DNA of 61,990 nucleotides, counting the filler, from Limisphaerales bacterium (GTDB lineage: Bacteria > Verrucomicrobiota > Verrucomicrobiia > Limisphaerales > SIBE01): the NCBI GenBank assembly GCA_044225505.1. It is 7 parts of 7 records of this genome, joined end to end, with 100 filler letters (N's around TTAATTAATTAA, not from the genome) between each part and the next. Parts side by side here need not be neighbours in the genome. Positions count along the whole stretch, not along the records: positions 57,382 to 61,990 come from JBGAIN010000027.1; 6 more parts are not named here. One strand, 5' to 3'. A program made the translations under genes and the position numbers. Below are positions 59,968-61,990 of this stretch, one piece after another. Numbering within the stretch: position 1 is the stretch's first letter; the number at the start of each line of letters is the position of its first letter. Under the pieces are notes generated by a model. That model searched no databases, was not told the origin of the DNA, and was given only the letters and a program-made list of their open reading frames with translations.

Positions 59968-61990
59968 ATGAAAGCTATACAGCGGCTCTTGCTTGGGGCA
60001 TGTCCCATCGTCGTTTTTCTGATCTTTCTGTTTTTCCGAGCCGGCGGGCCGGTCCCCAGGGATGTCGACCCCGCACCCCTTCCGCCTGCTCCCCTCGCGC
60101 CATCACGTCCTCCTCGGGCTTCGGCTCTCCATACCGCTCTCAAAGGCGGTCCGGCTCCAACCTTCAATGTCGAACGCGGCTTTTACGAAACCAATGTGAC
60201 CGTCGTCATGCGCTCGGAACCGACGAATGCCATGATCCGTTTCACGCTGGATGGTTCTGAGCCCAGCCAGGAACACGGCTTAAGCTATTCGCAACCGATT
60301 GTTCTTTCGAACACAACGGTGCTGCGAGCCGCGTCTTTTGCCGGTGAATCCCGCAGCCAGATAGGAACACAAACCTACATCTTTCCCGAGGCCAGCGCGC
60401 AGGAGTTGATGGCGCTGCGAGTTGGCAAAAAGCAGAACGTCAACGCCGATCAGATACGGCAGGGATTGCTGGCTCTTCCCTCCCTATCGCTGGCAACGCC
60501 CGGCGCCCCGCAACTGAACGCAGGGCTTCGAGGCGTCATGCGACTCTCCCACCCCGTCCAGGCGTCCCTTGAGTGGTTGGATTCGGGCCGAATGGCGAGT
60601 GCGCACGTCGATTGCGGTGTCGCCCCGTTTGGAGGAGATTACTCCAACTACCGAAAGAAAAGTTTTCGTCTCTATTTTCGAGAAGAGTTCGGCGCGAAGA
60701 AATTTAATTGTCCACTCTTTGTTGGGCACGAGCATGGCCTGGCAGCGGTCGACGAGTTTGACCAACTGGATCTCCGCAGCGGGTCGCATGATATGGTTGA
60801 GCGGGGATTTTACATGTCGAACATATTTGCGGACGATTCGCTCCTCGAAATGGGTCATTTGAATCCTCACGGACGCTTCGTGCATGTCTATCTGAACGGC
60901 GCGTATTGGGGAGTGTACCATCTGCGGGAACGATGGAATGCGGCCATGCACCGGCGATACCTCGGCGGCGCCGCCACCGATTATGAATCGATCAATGGCA
61001 ATCAAAACATCGATGGCTGGGCCAACCCTGGTAAACCTTATGACGGCGATGGTAGCACCTGGAGCCGCGCGCTTGCCTTGCGCAAGAATTATCGCGCGGC
61101 CCAGCAGTGGGTCGATCTCCCGCAATACATCGATTTCATGCTGGTTTGGATGTATGGAAGTTGTGAAGACGAGTACCGCTGCGTGGGCGCGAAAACGCCT
61201 GGCGTCGGCTTCAAGTTTTATCTAAACGACGCCGATGGATTTTTTCAATCTCCTGCCCATCCTTGGTATCATTCCCCAGTTAATCGGACTCGCGGCAGCC
61301 CTCGTGGATTTGGTCGGTTACCCGGAGATGGACCCGGCAGCCTCTTTTCGGGATGGTTCACTGAGGCCGATCCCGAATACCGGATCCTGCTGGCCGATCG
61401 GATCTATCAAGCTCTCTTCAACTCAGGACCCTTGACTCCTTCCAGTGTAGCGGCGCGCCTCGAATCACGTTGTGCGGAATTCGAACCGGCTTTCGTCGCG
61501 GAAGCAGCTCGTTGGGGATATCGATCCATAGAGAGCTGGATGCAGGTCCGTGACGATGTTCTCCAGCATTGGGTCCCAGACCGAACCGCCTCCTTGATCC
61601 AGGAATTGCGCTCCACCAAGCTCTACCCCGAAATCGATCCGCCTGTCTTGAACCAACAGGCAGGGCGCGTGGTGAAAGGATTCCCGGTCGTGTTCAAAAG
61701 CGCTCCGGAGGACAGTATCTTTTACACGGTGGATGACTCAGATCCACGCGCGTCCGGGGGAGTGCCCGGGCCTAGCGCGCGCCGACCGAACAGGGAGCCG
61801 CTGCACATTATCGACAACACCTGGGTGAAATGTCGATCGCGCGTCAACAACCAATGGTCGGCATTGAACGAAGCCTATTTCCAGACGAGTCCGGACGCGT
61901 TTGACCCAGGCAAGATCCATATCGAGGAGCGAACCGTCGGTGGTGGGCCCAATGGCACCGCGCACTACCTCCAGCTAAGCAACGCGTCCT
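59968..61990 (+). CDS. CotH kinase family protein with FN3-associated/chitobiase C-terminal-type domains (runs off the window)
   Basis: Hand translation gives MKAIQRLLLG.., FNVERGFY..IRFTLDGSEP, KKSFRLYFR, LDLRSG, GRFVHVYLNGAYWGVYHLRER, YLNDAD and IFYTVDDSDPR. Absent from the ORF track because there is no stop in the window. Confidence 0.85.
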   Translation, partial: MKAIQRLLLGACPIVVFLIFLFFRAGGPVPRDVDPAPLPPAPLAPSRPPRASALHTALKGGPAPTFNVERGFYETNVTVVMRSEPTNAMIRFTLDGSEPSQEHGLSYSQPIVLSNTTVLRAASFAGESRSQIGTQTYIFPEASAQELMALRVGKKQNVNADQIRQGLLALPSLSLATPGAPQLNAGLRGVMRLSHPVQASLEWLDSGRMASAHVDCGVAPFGGDYSNYRKKSFRLYFREEFGAKKFNCPLFVGHEHGLAAVDEFDQLDLRSGSHDMVERGFYMSNIFADDSLLEMGHLNPHGRFVHVYLNGAYWGVYHLRERWNAAMHRRYLGGAATDYESINGNQNIDGWANPGKPYDGDGSTWSRALALRKNYRAAQQWVDLPQYIDFMLVWMYGSCEDEYRCVGAKTPGVGFKFYLNDADGFFQSPAHPWYHSPVNRTRGSPRGFGRLPGDGPGSLFSGWFTEADPEYRILLADRIYQALFNSGPLTPSSVAARLESRCAEFEPAFVAEAARWGYRSIESWMQVRDDVLQHWVPDRTASLIQELRSTKLYPEIDPPVLNQQAGRVVKGFPVVFKSAPEDSIFYTVDDSDPRASGGVPGPSARRPNREPLHIIDNTWVKCRSRVNNQWSALNEAYFQTSPDAFDPGKIHIEERTVGGGPNGTAHYLQLSNAS

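Noticed and set aside
1..61990. CRISPR array, prophage, integrase or transposase
   Set aside because: I saw no regularly spaced repeat-spacer array and no ORF with such motifs.

Overview
This window is not continuous DNA. It is seven fragments of a draft or metagenome-assembled genome (internal contigs about 9.4-9.7 kb) joined by artificial 100-nt spacers (N44-TTAATTAATTAA-N44), so gene neighbourhoods cannot be read across the spacers. Gene content points to a GC-rich PVC-superphylum bacterium, most likely Verrucomicrobiota (inference from prepilin/H-X9-DG proteins, planctomycete-type cytochrome c-WD40 and PPC proteins, a Ser/Thr kinase-WD40 protein and C-terminal 'RFYR' domains). Housekeeping genes include serS, glgA, pyc, plsY, gpsA, thrH, ppk1, sixA, a fused trehalose-6-P synthase/phosphatase and a 5S rRNA. 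The best leads are: (1) a translationally coupled pair of divergent thymidylate-kinase-fold genes, one with a Walker A K->R change, beside a ROK kinase, ppk1 and sixA, a candidate uncharacterised polyphosphate/nucleotide kinase module; (2) a Sec-signal RHS protein whose intact DPxG cleavage motif is followed by an internal Cys-His-Asp papain/transglutaminase-like domain and further domains; (3) a UxuB-like SDR next to a LarA-family epimerase; (4) an orphan PbfA-like phosphonate lyase; (5) a type III PKS-methyltransferase pair; (6) a nested MITE/REP repeat at two contig ends. Four genes are broken: an hrpB deletion, an indel cluster in gpsA, and two nonsense codons on contig 3. Some of these breaks are probably assembly artefacts.
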